Assembly: GCA_030141605.1 (NCBI GenBank)
Contig: JAQGDQ010000363.1
Span: forward strand, 62,001-126,000
Length of the DNA: 64,000 bases
Source: Tubiluchus corallicola
Taxonomy: Eukaryota > Animalia > Priapulida
Direction of reading: 5' to 3'
Shown here: one piece after another, positions 19,701 to 31,287 of the stretch
How the letters are laid out: each line of letters starts with the position of its first letter
Numbering within the stretch: position 1 is the first letter of the stretch
Position numbers and translations under genes: made by a program
The notes under the pieces: generated by a model
Database searches by the model: none
What the model was told of the DNA's origin: nothing
The model's input: the letters and a program-made list of their open reading frames with translations, nothing else

Positions 19701-22700
19701 AGGTTAAGTTTAATAGACAACGCATTTGTGTACACAACGTCTTGCAGCCCTTGCTGTTGAAACAGTAATAGTTTTAACATTTAGCCAGAACCTTACCTAG
19801 TTCAATTTTTCTTGTTTCCAAGCAAGATCCTGCTAGTAAATCACTCTATGCATAAAAGTCGACGTAAATCAACTGAACTGATGCGGCAGACGGCTTTGTT
19901 TTACCAACATGTCACATGACAGTTGTAGTTAAGACACATTGTTGTGGTACACTTAACCTTTGACCTAGAGCAACTGTGCTTGTACACAATGAAACTGAAA
20001 AAGCTTATTATTAACAGGCAAACTTTCCATTTTAAAGTTTTATAAGCACATTGTAGATGCAGCCATGTTTCTAGCTGTTAATTAGAATTGAATACAATGG
20101 CTCCTACATGAGTCTTCACAAGATAGTAGATTATTATTACATCATTAATACGTTTACTAAATGTCATAAATAATATGCATATTTATTTATCACATGGGCT
20201 TTTTTATGAATTTTTGTACAAAAATGTCACATCCAAAGTAACTGTCATGTTAATTTTGTCTATGGCCGGTTTTGGTTTTTGTTATTGGTCATGTATCTGT
20301 CTCAATTGCCCAGTTCTGGTATCGCGCCATCTCTACTCAAAATAATTGAGTTTAGTACTCACAGACTAAAGAACTGGATTGTGCATATATATTGTTTATG
20401 GGAATTAACCAAGTGAGAGTACATTAACTGCACTAAATGCAAGTGTAATGAGACTAATGCAGTTGATAATAGACTTTAGTCACTTTTTCAAAGGTTTATA
20501 ATCATGAGTTGATCAATTGTTGTTGAAATTTCCTGCCAGGTAATCAGAATAAATTAGACACTCACAAATTGCTGAATGGCACTCTTCCTTTGTGCAGCCC
20601 GCTAAAACATACCAGAGGTGCTGAATGTTTTTCAAAGAGGTTCAGGATTAGAGAATTCTGGATCGGGGGTCGAGATTGTGGCAACCTCGATCCTGGGTGC
20701 CACTAGTGTTTGTAGTCATACTACAGAAAGTTTTACTTACAATCTCGTAGTACAGAAAGTTTTACTTACAATCAGATTTGCTTAGAATTTTTTTAGTTTC
20801 ATAATGCAAGTTTTTGGGTATTTTAATCTAAATTGAAAATTCACTGGTTTTAACGGTTTTATTTTCTTTATGTATATTGTACCCATTTTATACATTTATG
20901 ATTTATATATCTTAGTGGTGTCTGATATTAGAATTGTCATTGTAAATGTGCTACAGAATACACGCATGCAACACACACATGCACGCGCCCGCACGCACGC
21001 ACGCACACACATGGATAGTCCACTATGGAAAAGCAAAATAAACTTTTAAAACTCAAGTAGTGTTTGTGGTGTCCTAGCGTAATGCACAGAATACAAAACT
21101 CTACAATTTTATGCCACGAACACGCATACGGCATAAGTATTTATATCACTGTTAGGTCATCAAAATTGCTACAACAGTTTGTATTAATAGTGAACATAAA
21201 TTTGCCAAAACTGTTTGTGGTGTACTGACATTCCTCACATGAACAACTAATTTGGGTTACGTGAAACTGCACCTAATTCAAGTATGCAAAACCTTTGAAA
21301 ACCATATGTATTGTATGAAATGTTCCATGATAGCACTTCCTAAGATGATTAAAGACCCCTCATAAAACCTTTTTAATGATTAAGTTATCCTCCCCATTTG
21401 AAAGGTTCACGTCTACAAGGCAAGTAAAGACTTGCAGAAAATCATGTTGCAAAAATTTGCCTTAATCCATTTGACTTTCGAATTTCTGAAATCGATGAAG
21501 CTCTAGTCTTTTTGTCAAAATTAATGAGAATTAATGTTCTGAGATCATAGTGTGTAAGCGGAAGAGCAAGTTTTAAGCATTATCAAAGAACCGAAATTAA
21601 AATCTGCATCCTAATTGAAGTGTTAAACCGAAGTGATTAGATTAACATTTGGCTGCCGCATAAAGATTTGGTGCAACGGAAAAATAAAGATATTCTGGAG
21701 GTACATGCATCATCAAAAAATGTAGGCTTTTGTTGCACAGGCAAGATGCTGCAGATGGGACATCCTGCCACCATTGAAAACTACACAGGATATTGCAATC
21801 AGTATTCCTGCATTGTCACTTCAGAGCTCATTACATTAATCTGTAATTTATAACTTCACACAATGCGTTATAAACTATTTGTGGTGTGCTAGCACACTAG
21901 GGCCAAAATATGGTATCAGACTAAAATGGTTTATTAGTTACTTGTATGAAAGAACGAACAAACAAGTGAAATGCAATTTACGTGTAACTAAATGGAAAGA
22001 GGATCCGGGAATGATCCGAAACAAGTGAAATGCAATTTACGTGTAACTAAATGGAAAGAGGATTCGGGAACAGTCCGGAACAAGTGAAATGCAATTTACG
22101 TGTAACTAAATGGAAAGAGGATTCGGGAACGGTCCAGAACAAGTGAAATGCAATTTACGTGTAACTAAATGGAAAGAGGATTCGGGAACAGTCCGAAACA
22201 AGTGAAATGCAATTTACGTGTAACTAAATGGAAAGAGGATTCGGGAACAGTCCGGAACAAGTGAAATGCAATTTACATGTAACTAAATGGAAAGAGGATT
22301 CGGGAACAGTCCGGAACAAGGAAAATGCAGAACTTAAGCAGCAGGGCTCTTTGTATTTATAACGTTGATTTCAAGTTTATGGCTTAATAATATCCTGAAT
22401 CTACGATTGTTGCTTTTTTGAAACTGAACTTAACTAGAATCAGAGTTGAGCTGATTGAGGATTTGGGTCAAGGATTTCTGGATCATTGGATTTATATTAA
22501 AAAAGAAATAAACCATCCTGGCCTTGTGGTCGTGGGTAGGGACTGAACGGGGTTTCGGGCCGGGATGATGATGGAGGTGAACGAGGGAAGGTAATGGCCC
22601 GGACTTGGGCTGGGGCCAGTGTTGGACGTTTTGTGACTGTGCCTCAGTCTATGTGAAAAAACATTGAAATTATTCAGCTGCAAATTGTCGGCCAAGAGAG

Positions 22701-25700
22701 TCAGTTATTGATCACATTGATGGAGCTGCAGCGTCGATTATGACAGAACAAACCGATCTTTGAACCACTGGAGTGGCCTCTCCAGGGCGAACGCCGGGGC
22801 AAGGTGTATGGAGATCCTGAGTTGCCCAGACAACAGGAACTCCCTCTCTTCCTCCCTGGTGTAGTCCAAAGGAAAGCGTAGCGATACGTTTGGCACCAGG
22901 TTGGCTGCAGGAGCTGCTGGAGTCAGTGAGCATGCTGCACTGGTCCGTCTTCGGGGCTCCACTCCTGATTTGGAAGGTTTACTCCTCTACACATGGCCGT
23001 TGGGTCACATGACCTTGTCCGCCCTCGGCTTGTTTGTGCAGCTCCTCCGCCTAGTGTCGAGATACTGTGTGGGCATCCCGCAAGCCTACAGCTGCAAATA
23101 TTGCTTAATTAAATGGACGTGAAACAAAGAACCTCTAAGTTTTCTTTTCACAGTTTATTATTAAAAACAACTTTATTATTTGGAGCCAATGCATCTCATC
23201 ATTGTCATTATCATCATCATTATCATCATCAATGTCATCATTATGTGACTGGAATAACGTATTAGCTTAATCATACATGGTTTTTGAAATGCCTTCCCAA
23301 CATGAAACTAAAAGCCACACTGTTTTCCAAAGCTGCCAAGTCTCAGACATTTCGCATGTTTCACATATTTTAACTCTTTCACACGCGCACATGCCTCAAC
23401 AATCATTTCTCACTCATTCTACAAATTAACAGGCAAAACTGTGAAATCATCTGGCTTCCTTTGCCATCAGTACAAACACAATTAGTAGTGTGCTACTCTC
23501 AATAATACAGCAGCGTGTCTCACAATGTATACTGTGTACTAAAGGGTATTAAAATTGAAATTAAGCATTTTTATATATTATTGAGCTTTTCTTGTGTATG
23601 CAAAAACATAATTGTTTTCATTATGCATAATGGTTTGTGAACTGTAATGTACCCAAAAATTGCCTAATTTTTTTACCCAAGTATTTTGATATTAGCACCA
23701 AAGGATGCTAAAATTTCTAAGGTGTTAATTTGTCCATCATGGCATGAGGGGGGTGGGTGGGCGAGAGGGCGAGATGATCACGGGGCTTTCTACATTTCAC
23801 CCTCATTTTTACATCAAATGGTTGGCAGGTCTGGTTTTTCTAATTTGAAATTGAAAAAATAGTAAAAAAAATTGACTGTAATTATAATTTTAGCTCCAGT
23901 TAGTTGCCCTGGTCTTAACTTCAAATTCGGTGTAGGATTCAAGGCTGTCAAAATCCCAAGATTGATTACTCGGGACCCCCCGGTCTCTCCATAGTCATGG
24001 CAGGTCTTAATTCAATGCTAACAGCTCACCAGTCAGTCTGACTTTTCTGAATTTTAATCTGGAAAATTAAACATACCATCTAACCCCAGCTCTCAACTGA
24101 TTAAAGACGAATTTTTGAAATCTCTTGAGAGGATGATTGTTTCTTTCTACTTTTGAACTTTGTAGCAAAACTTTTTCTACGACTTTGATGTTCACAAATT
24201 TCTTTATAGAGTGAACATAAGCTGCGCAAAGCTTTCGCTCTTTTACTTGCAGTATATCGGAGATACGAAGCTTCTTCTTCTTGCAAGACAGCTGCTTTCA
24301 GTGCTGTTTGATTAAGTTATAGCCTCTAGGTATTACATAAATTAGCTTATTGCAGTTTGCGCAGCTGAAAGGTAACATCTTCACACCTTGTATCACAGAT
24401 TGTGATTTGTAAGCATTTATCAGGTGTACAAGTGCGGGTATTGACCACAATGCGTTTCATTTACGAAAACGCGTCTTCGGTTTTCAACTCTGCTGCATTT
24501 GATGACGCTCAATCAGTAATCGACATATTTTTGGTAATATTTGGAGTGTTGATTATCATTGCAAATGGCATCGTTGTGTTGACAGTTGTGAAGTCGTTTA
24601 CTTTGCACACGCCTTTGTACTACTCCCTGTGTAGCTTGTCCGTGGCAGACTTGATTGTTGGTGTTGCTTTTCTCACGCAAACTATCTCATTTAACGTGGC
24701 TCCCTCTATGAAGCACAATCACATCGCTTGCAGTGTTATATTCATATTCACCCCTGCTTCGATGACAAACTCATTTATCAACTACCTCGTTCCAACATGC
24801 GAACGATTTGTAAGCATCGTATATCCGCTTCGTTATCCGAACTTTCTGACCGACCGACGAGTATTCACCATGATCGGATGCCTGTGGCTTTTCACGATTT
24901 CGAGTACAATTAGTTTTGGACTCCTGTACACGTTTTCGGTTGAGACAAAGTACAATTGTGTTCCCCTTACAGGTGGCATCTATTTTCCATTCACCCTGTA
25001 TTTCTTCACAGCTTGGTATATTTTCTTGTTTGGCACTATGAGCTGCCTGTACACCATCATCTTCAGAACTGCATGGCGTCAAATTAGAAGAATGCAGAAC
25101 ACTGTCATTTCCATCGTCTCACAGGGAGCCATTGTCACAAACAGAGGCATTTCTGATCTTCAAGCGAAACTGAAGCCGGTAAAAGCTGTCACAATTGCTC
25201 TTGGCTTATTCTTCCTGTGCTACATTCCTGGCATATTTACGAGCATTGTGTGGGCAAAAAACGGAGAATCGGAAATCATCAACCGATACAACTACTACTG
25301 GTTCTTCATACCGTGCTACTGCAACTCCTTGGTAAACGTGTTCATCTTCATAGCAAGACTCGACCATTTCAGGAATGAGCTGAAGAAACTCCTTTGCGGT
25401 AGATTTTTAGGTTTTTCCTCTTCAACCCAAAAGTTTGTAGTGTAACTAGAATATTTATAGCTTTCTACTGAGCATTTGAGTGGATGCCATTGTTGAAAAG
25501 ATGGTAACTAGCCGTGGACTCACGATGCTGGGAAAAAATAAAGATTAGTAAAGAGCAAGAAGTAATGAGTAAAGAGAAAAATTATTAGAAACTTCACTGC
25601 AGACTTAAAGGACTAGAAGAACTGTAGCTACTTATAATGAACACATTGAACAAAATAGTTAACAGTGGACTTATTTTTCCAGTTCTTAATTGGATGGTCT

Positions 25701-28700
25701 TTCTAATTATTACTGTTACCAGGGCTTAGTTCTCTTAACTACCACTATTAATTATCGTGTACAAACAACGTTTCAATCAAGTGGCATATGTGTAGTTACT
25801 CAGTTTTGTCTGTGTTCCTTGTAATTTACTTTTGCACTTTGGCACTATGACACTCTTCTTTTCAATGTACCACTCGATGACAGTGTTTCGTTTGTAGGAC
25901 GATTGTTTAGCGTGTAGTCAAGTACCACAAAGGTTAGTTTTTCCGGACAGCATTAAGCTGCAAGATATCATAACATTCCTTCAGGATTCTTCTGCATAGT
26001 AAGTTTTATTTTTCCATTTTGCTGTAAAGATTTTCCGGTTATTTTATTTTCATGTGAATTTTTACCATCCAGCTTTTGTTTCATAGTTCACAATACAAAT
26101 TTATAGTTTAGTGGAAGAATTAATTTCGATTAATTTTATGGAATGATGTCCAATGAAGTGTAAATACATTCCACACAACGAGCTTCGAAATCTTTAGTCG
26201 AGTTCGATGCTATTTGCTTCTTTTAAGTCTTAGTTTGAGAAGTTATGAATGGAATCGATTGATTTAGCGCATGTATTCCAGGCTGAGACTATTAATATTA
26301 TCAGCAAATTGTTGTGGTTGTCAATTGGTTGTAAATGTGACAAGTCGTAACAATTTGAAATACTGGGTTACATATATATATATAACACAGTGGCCTTTTG
26401 TACATGTATTGAAACACACGTTCGTAAGTCACTTCTAACTTTAAGTTTTGACTATTTTATTAGTAACGTTTTTTTAGTAAAACACAAAGTACAGATTCCA
26501 AACATACTGACATCATTGTACAACTCATTTTCAAACTGTATATACTTTTTGTTTTTATTTAAAATTTTAGCCAAATGAAATCACCAGGCATTACCACGAT
26601 GATTGATGGCAAAAACAAAACTCTGTATCTGCAGACGGTTCCATCTATTGAGCAAAGGACAAAAGCAAATTTGAAGAAAACACTTGAAGGTAACTATGCT
26701 GCATGATCTGGTTAGGTTGTGGCATTTAGCTATGGTTTGTGTCTTGCTTTTAATTATGTTAAGCTTGTTTAACTGTTGGCAATGTATGAATGAATTAATG
26801 CAGTCATGTTAGCCTTGTTTAACTGTTGGCAATGTATGAATGAATTAATGCAGTTATGTTAACCTTGTTTAACTGTTGGCAATGTATGAATGAATTAATG
26901 CAGTTATGTTAACTTTGTTTAACTGTTGGCAATGTATGAATGAATTAATGCAGTTATGTTAACTTTGTTTAACTGTTGGCTATGTATGAATGAATTAATG
27001 CAGTTATGTTAACTTTGTTTAATTGTTGGCAATGTATGAATGAATTAATGCAGTCATGTTAACTTTGTTTAATTGTTGGCAATGTATAAATGAATTAATG
27101 CAGTTATGTTAACCTTGTTTAACTGTTGGCAATGTATGAATGAATTAATGCAGTCATGTTAACTTTGTTTAACTGTTGGCTATGTATGACTAAATTAATG
27201 CAGTTATGTTAACTTTGTTTAATTGTTGGCAATGTATAAATGAATTAATGCATTTATGTTAACCTTGTTTAACTGTTGGCAATGTATGAATGAATTAATG
27301 CAGTCATGTTAACCTTGTTTAACTGTTGGCAATGTATGAATGAATTAATGCAGTCATGTTAACCTTGTTTAACTGTTGGCAATGTATGAATGAATTAATG
27401 CAGTTATGTTAACCTTGTTTAACTGTTGGCAATGTATGAATGAATTAATGCAGTCATGTTAACCTTGTTTAACTGTTGGCAATGTATGAATGAATTAATG
27501 CAGTTATGTTAGCCTTGTTTAACTGTTGGCAATGTATGAATGAATTAATGCAGTTATGTTAGCCTTGTTTAACTGTTGGCAATGTATGAATGAATTAATG
27601 CAGTTATGTTAGCCTTGTTTAACTGTTGGCAATGTATGAATGAATTAATGCAGTCATGTTAACCTTGTTTAACTGTTGGCAATGTATGAATGAATTAATG
27701 CAGTTATGTTAACCTTGTTTAACTGTTGGCAATGTATGAATGAATTAATGCAGTTATGTTAGCCTTGTTTAACTGTTGGCAATGTATGAATGAATTAATG
27801 CAAATGTTAACTCGAAAGGCTTAGTAAGCTTCGGAGATACAAGTCAAAACTTTGACTTTATGGCACTTTGCTACGGTTTCTTGCCTTGTTAGTATTGGAA
27901 GCAGGCACGGATTAGCGTTTTTGCTAGTGGAACTCCATTTTTCCTTGTCTATCGAATGGTAGTTGTCAAATAAAGCCGTATTTTTGTTAACAGGAAATAA
28001 AGTCACTGAGTTCGAGGGTATGGGTTGTACCCGAGAAATATAAGTAAAATCTGCCTGATCGCAATATTTCATCATCTCCGGAAACATGTCATGTAGGGCT
28101 TTTTTAAAACAAAATGTTATAATTAGAAGACCTGTCTTTGATTTGGACATTAAAACATTTGGGCTGCTTAATTGGGCAGAATTGTGATGATGATTTTTTT
28201 TCTTATTATTAGGCAAATTTGGTACTGGACACACACAAGCTTAGTCTCGATGATCACACACCACATTTTATAAAAATAAATGACCGATTGAAAGAATAAC
28301 TGAAGGAAGAACAAATGAAATAAATCCATGTGTAATGTAGTTGAAATCTCAGAAAAAAACTGTTAGTCATACCGTAGAGTTCTTCACACAGTCCGGAAGT
28401 AAACATACTTATTCACTGATCTTTGTTTGAAGAAGACTGTCTCATGTATACAGTGTGTCTAATGCAAAAGCACATAGAAAGTAAATTAATTATAAAATTT
28501 CATAACTGTGTGCCTGTGTGATATGTATTGTGTGTTTGGAGCGGCACTAATCTTAGTTTTGTTTTGTCATTTCTACAAAAGCAATTGTGTTTTTAAATTA
28601 ACATTTTCTTTCCAGAATTGGGACTCGTCGATGGACAAGAGATCGTGGTAGCTGATGAGACGACACCAAATGCACTTGTATTTACCCTAAATCTAGTTTC

Positions 28701-28728
28701 TAAGAATCAGATAGGTGGAGAACTGTGA
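10761..28728 (+). CDS. UBA3: NEDD8-activating enzyme E1 catalytic subunit. Exons 10761-10866, 11788-12032, 12357-12400, 12727-12791, 13226-13381, 15411-15513, 17069-17273, 19499-19580, 25898-25998, 26571-26689, 28616-28728. 445 aa from ATG 10762; a possible extra 20-nt coding exon lies at 7608-7627
   Basis: [60 protein letters not shown], catalytic Cys in [17 protein letters not shown] (15426-15428), [15 protein letters not shown]-terminal [17 protein letters not shown]. All splice phases join into one open frame ending TGA at 28726-28728. Confidence 0.97.
12033..12356 (+). other. U12-type (minor spliceosome) GT-AG intron in UBA3
   Basis: 5' site GTATCCTTTT matches the U12 consensus RTATCCTTT. 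Branch-like TGCCTTTGAC at 12336-12345 lies about 12 nt before the AG. Flanking exons join in frame (VVP|HYNKIQD). Confidence 0.9.
14000..14345. mobile_element. Tc1/mariner-pogo type MITE (346 bp)
   Basis: TIRs CAGTCAACCCTCGTTAAACTGGAC / GTCCGGTTTAACGAGGGTTGACTG flanked by TA on both sides. Confidence 0.9.
16018..16301 (+). mobile_element. tRNA-derived SINE with a Meta-like central domain and (TTA)n tail
   Basis: Pol III A box TAGTCTAGTGG and B box GAGTTCGAAC; core AAAGACGTTAAAAATGGTACCTGCTGTTGCCCTGCCTGACGC resembles the MetaSINE domain (recalled); AATAAA followed by (TTA)n. Confidence 0.8.
17475..18262. mobile_element. pogo/Tigger-like non-autonomous DNA transposon (788 bp)
   Basis: TIRs CAGTAGCCGCTGCTTAATAGACTCAC / GTGAGTCTATTAAGCGGCGACTACTG (2 mismatches) with TA target duplications. 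Confidence 0.9.
21960..22330. repeat. 59-bp minisatellite, about 6 copies
   Basis: Unit AACAAGTGAAATGCAATTTACGTGTAACTAAATGGAAAGAGGATTCGGGAACAGTCCGG, head-to-tail. Confidence 0.95.
24450..25445 (+). CDS. Intronless rhodopsin-class (class A) GPCR, 331 aa, orphan (adenosine/melanocortin-receptor-like), nested in a UBA3 intron
   Basis: Seven hydrophobic segments with class-A motifs: ANG (TM1), LSVADL (TM2), ERF..IVYPLRY (TM3), W (TM4), CYIP (TM6), NSLVNVFIF (TM7), [10 protein letters not shown] helix 8. N-glycosylation sequon NAS near the N-terminus. Confidence 0.92.
   Translation: MRFIYENASSVFNSAAFDDAQSVIDIFLVIFGVLIIIANGIVVLTVVKSFTLHTPLYYSLCSLSVADLIVGVAFLTQTISFNVAPSMKHNHIACSVIFIFTPASMTNSFINYLVPTCERFVSIVYPLRYPNFLTDRRVFTMIGCLWLFTISSTISFGLLYTFSVETKYNCVPLTGGIYFPFTLYFFTAWYIFLFGTMSCLYTIIFRTAWRQIRRMQNTVISIVSQGAIVTNRGISDLQAKLKPVKAVTIALGLFFLCYIPGIFTSIVWAKNGESEIINRYNYYWFFIPCYCNSLVNVFIFIARLDHFRNELKKLLCGRFLGFSSSTQKFVV
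26752..27802. repeat. 50-bp minisatellite, about 21 copies, in the last UBA3 intron
   Basis: Unit CAGTTATGTTAACCTTGTTTAACTGTTGGCAATGTATGAATGAATTAATG. Confidence 0.97.
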
Positions 28729-29019
28729 TATTTGTGTTTTGTGCTGTATTAAAACAATGTAGTCTGTGTTAAACAATGTAGTCCGTGTTAAACAATGTAG
28801 TCCGTGTTAAACAATGTAATCTGTGTTAAACAATGCACTTCTTGTCAAATAATTTATCATAAAATAATGTAGTTTAAAACAATGCAGCTGATTAAAACCA
28901 TGATGACATTTTTGTAAAGATCTCTTGTAGTGAGACTTGCTTGATTGAATGGAGAAATTTCTTATAGCATTTTGTGCTTTATTCTTTTAGTGAGTTGCTA
29001 GAGTCTTGTATTTGAACTA

Positions 29020-29696
29020 CAGTCAAACCCCTGTATACCGTCCACTTTGGGATGGCAGAAAGTTGGCATTAAGTGAATTTAGCATTATAACAAGGCGCCA
29101 TTAACGTATACAGTAAGTCCTCGCTTAACGACTCCCCGTTTAACGACATTTCATTTTAATGACGCCGATCATTTGACACTTTTTTCACTTAACGATGAAC
29201 GTTTTGCTTTAACGACGATTTTTTTACTTTACTCAAGGCAAATTTTTATTTGATTAACAAAGTTTTTACCTAATTTGATGCATTAAAACAGACCTATTGC
29301 GTCGTTCTGTTCTAAAGATGCACTATTAATGTAAACAGTGTAATTATTATACATGTTTTTCCTTGCCAATTCACTAGTGACACTACTGCTGTATTACTAA
29401 TGGTTTGTGTATCAAGTGACCAGCGAGCAAAATTGGCTGCATCCTGTTGCTGTAGCAACCAGACTAAAAAGTATGTAGCAAGGTAGCCCCAGGGCTTAAC
29501 TCTGCAGTGTTCAACCACTGACTAGGCTTAAACGTTAACGAAAGAGAAACTGCTATAGCTAGGTATTGGTAAGTAAAATAAATAGCTGGTTTCAGGCAAA
29601 CAGGAAGACATTAATCAGTCGAAATATAAAAAAATTGTGCGTTAAACGAAGGTGGCATTCTAAAGGGGAGGGGGCTTATAGTGACGTTTCATTGTA
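29020..29696. mobile_element. Degraded or nested Tigger-like MITE remnants just 3' of UBA3
   Basis: TA-CAGTCAAACCCCTG at 29020 and TA-CAGTAAGTCCTCGCTTAACG at 29111 look like pogo termini; right ends are poorly matched. Confidence 0.45.
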
Positions 29697-30557
29697 TTTC
29701 AAATCGTAAATTGTCTTTTCACATTATAAGTTGTTTATCTTCCTCAGCTGGTAATTTTTAATAGAATCTTTATATCACAACACCTATCTCTTCCAGCTGA
29801 ATTACACATTGCAAGGCTGGTACTTAACACAGAGCCTGCTAATTATCAAGGATAGTTCCCTAGGATGAGACATTAAACAGGCACAGTTGTGTTAGCCATT
29901 TTCATGTGTATGTATTTTCATGTGTATCAATAGGCAGGTGACAGATGTAATCACCGACAATCAGTAATCACTTTTTGCAGGATTGCCCATTCATTTAATA
30001 TCTAGTACCAGTATTGCTTAACTACATAGCCAAACACTGTGTGACCATTTAGCTTTTTTCTTTTCTGAAACTTCGCGGAAAAATGATGGGCTAGAGACAA
30101 GTACTTGGCCTATACGTGTACGAATTTACGTTGTGTCTGAAGTGCTACCAGCAGAAATTAATTTCAACTTTCTTTATCAAAAATGACACCATTAATTATG
30201 TTTTTACTATTTTACATAGAGAAGTGTTTGCAATTTGACTACTGCCATCCAAAAAGCTACTTTTGAACTATTTAAGGGCTAATGTTGCTTAAACTATGAC
30301 GACTCATGTAAAATATGACACAAGATTGCACACTTAGCATTTTGCCATTCTGATATCAACCTGAGCAGTTACATCAATAAATCTTTAGTATTTGAAACCA
30401 TTTTGTTAGTTGTCTTTTCTGACGTTGCCTTCTTCGGATAAGAATGAAAAATAGCAAAAAGTATTCAAAAACCCACGTTTTATCAACATTAAATTGCCTG
30501 TACCATTTTTGGACAGATGGCGTATGACCCAGTTAGGAATTCAATCAGGTTGAAGAC

Positions 30558-31287
30558 AAGCCATTCTGTGACAATGCAGTACATCAGGCATGAAGATGCC
30601 ATTTCAAGCCATTCTGTGACAATGCAGTACATCAGGCATAAAGATGCCATTTCAAGCCATTCTGTGACAATGCAGTACATCAAGCATAAAGATGCCATTT
30701 CAAGCCATTCTGTGACAATGCAGTACATCAGGCATGAAGATGCCATTTCAAGCCATTCTGTGACAATGCAGTACATCAGGCATAAAGATGCCATTTCAAG
30801 CCATTCTGTGACAATGCAGTACATCAGGCATGTCAGGCATAAGATGCCATTTCAAGCCATTCTGTGACAATGCAGTACATCAGGCATGAAGATGCCATTT
30901 CAAGCCATTCTGTGACAATGCAGTACATCAGGCATGAAGATGCCATTTCAAGCCATTCTGTGACAATGCAGTACATCAGGCATGAAGATGCCATTTCAAG
31001 CCATTCTGTGACAATGCAGTACATCAGGCATAAAGATGCCATTTCAAGCCATTCTGTGACAATGCAGTACATCAGGCATGAAGATGCCATTTCAAGCCAT
31101 TCTGTGACAATGCAGTACATCAGGCATGAAGATGCCATTTCAAGCCATTCTGTGACAATGCAGTACATCAGGCATGAAGATGCCATTTCAAGCCATTCTG
31201 TGACAATGCAGTACATCAGGCATGAAGATGCCATTTCAAGCCATTCTGTGACAATGCAGTACATCAGGCATGAAGATGCCATTTCAA
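30558..31287. repeat. 48-bp minisatellite, about 15 copies
   Basis: Unit AAGCCATTCTGTGACAATGCAGTACATCAGGCATGAAGATGCCATTTC; one interruption near 30831. Confidence 0.97.

Noticed and set aside
20660-20707. Helitron 3' end (hairpin followed by CTAG-T)
   Set aside because: No matching 5' end or second copy visible; too short to support.
19580-24424. In-frame UBA3-GPCR fusion protein
   Set aside because: The UBA3 donor is phase 0 while the acceptor at 24423 enters the GPCR frame in phase 1.
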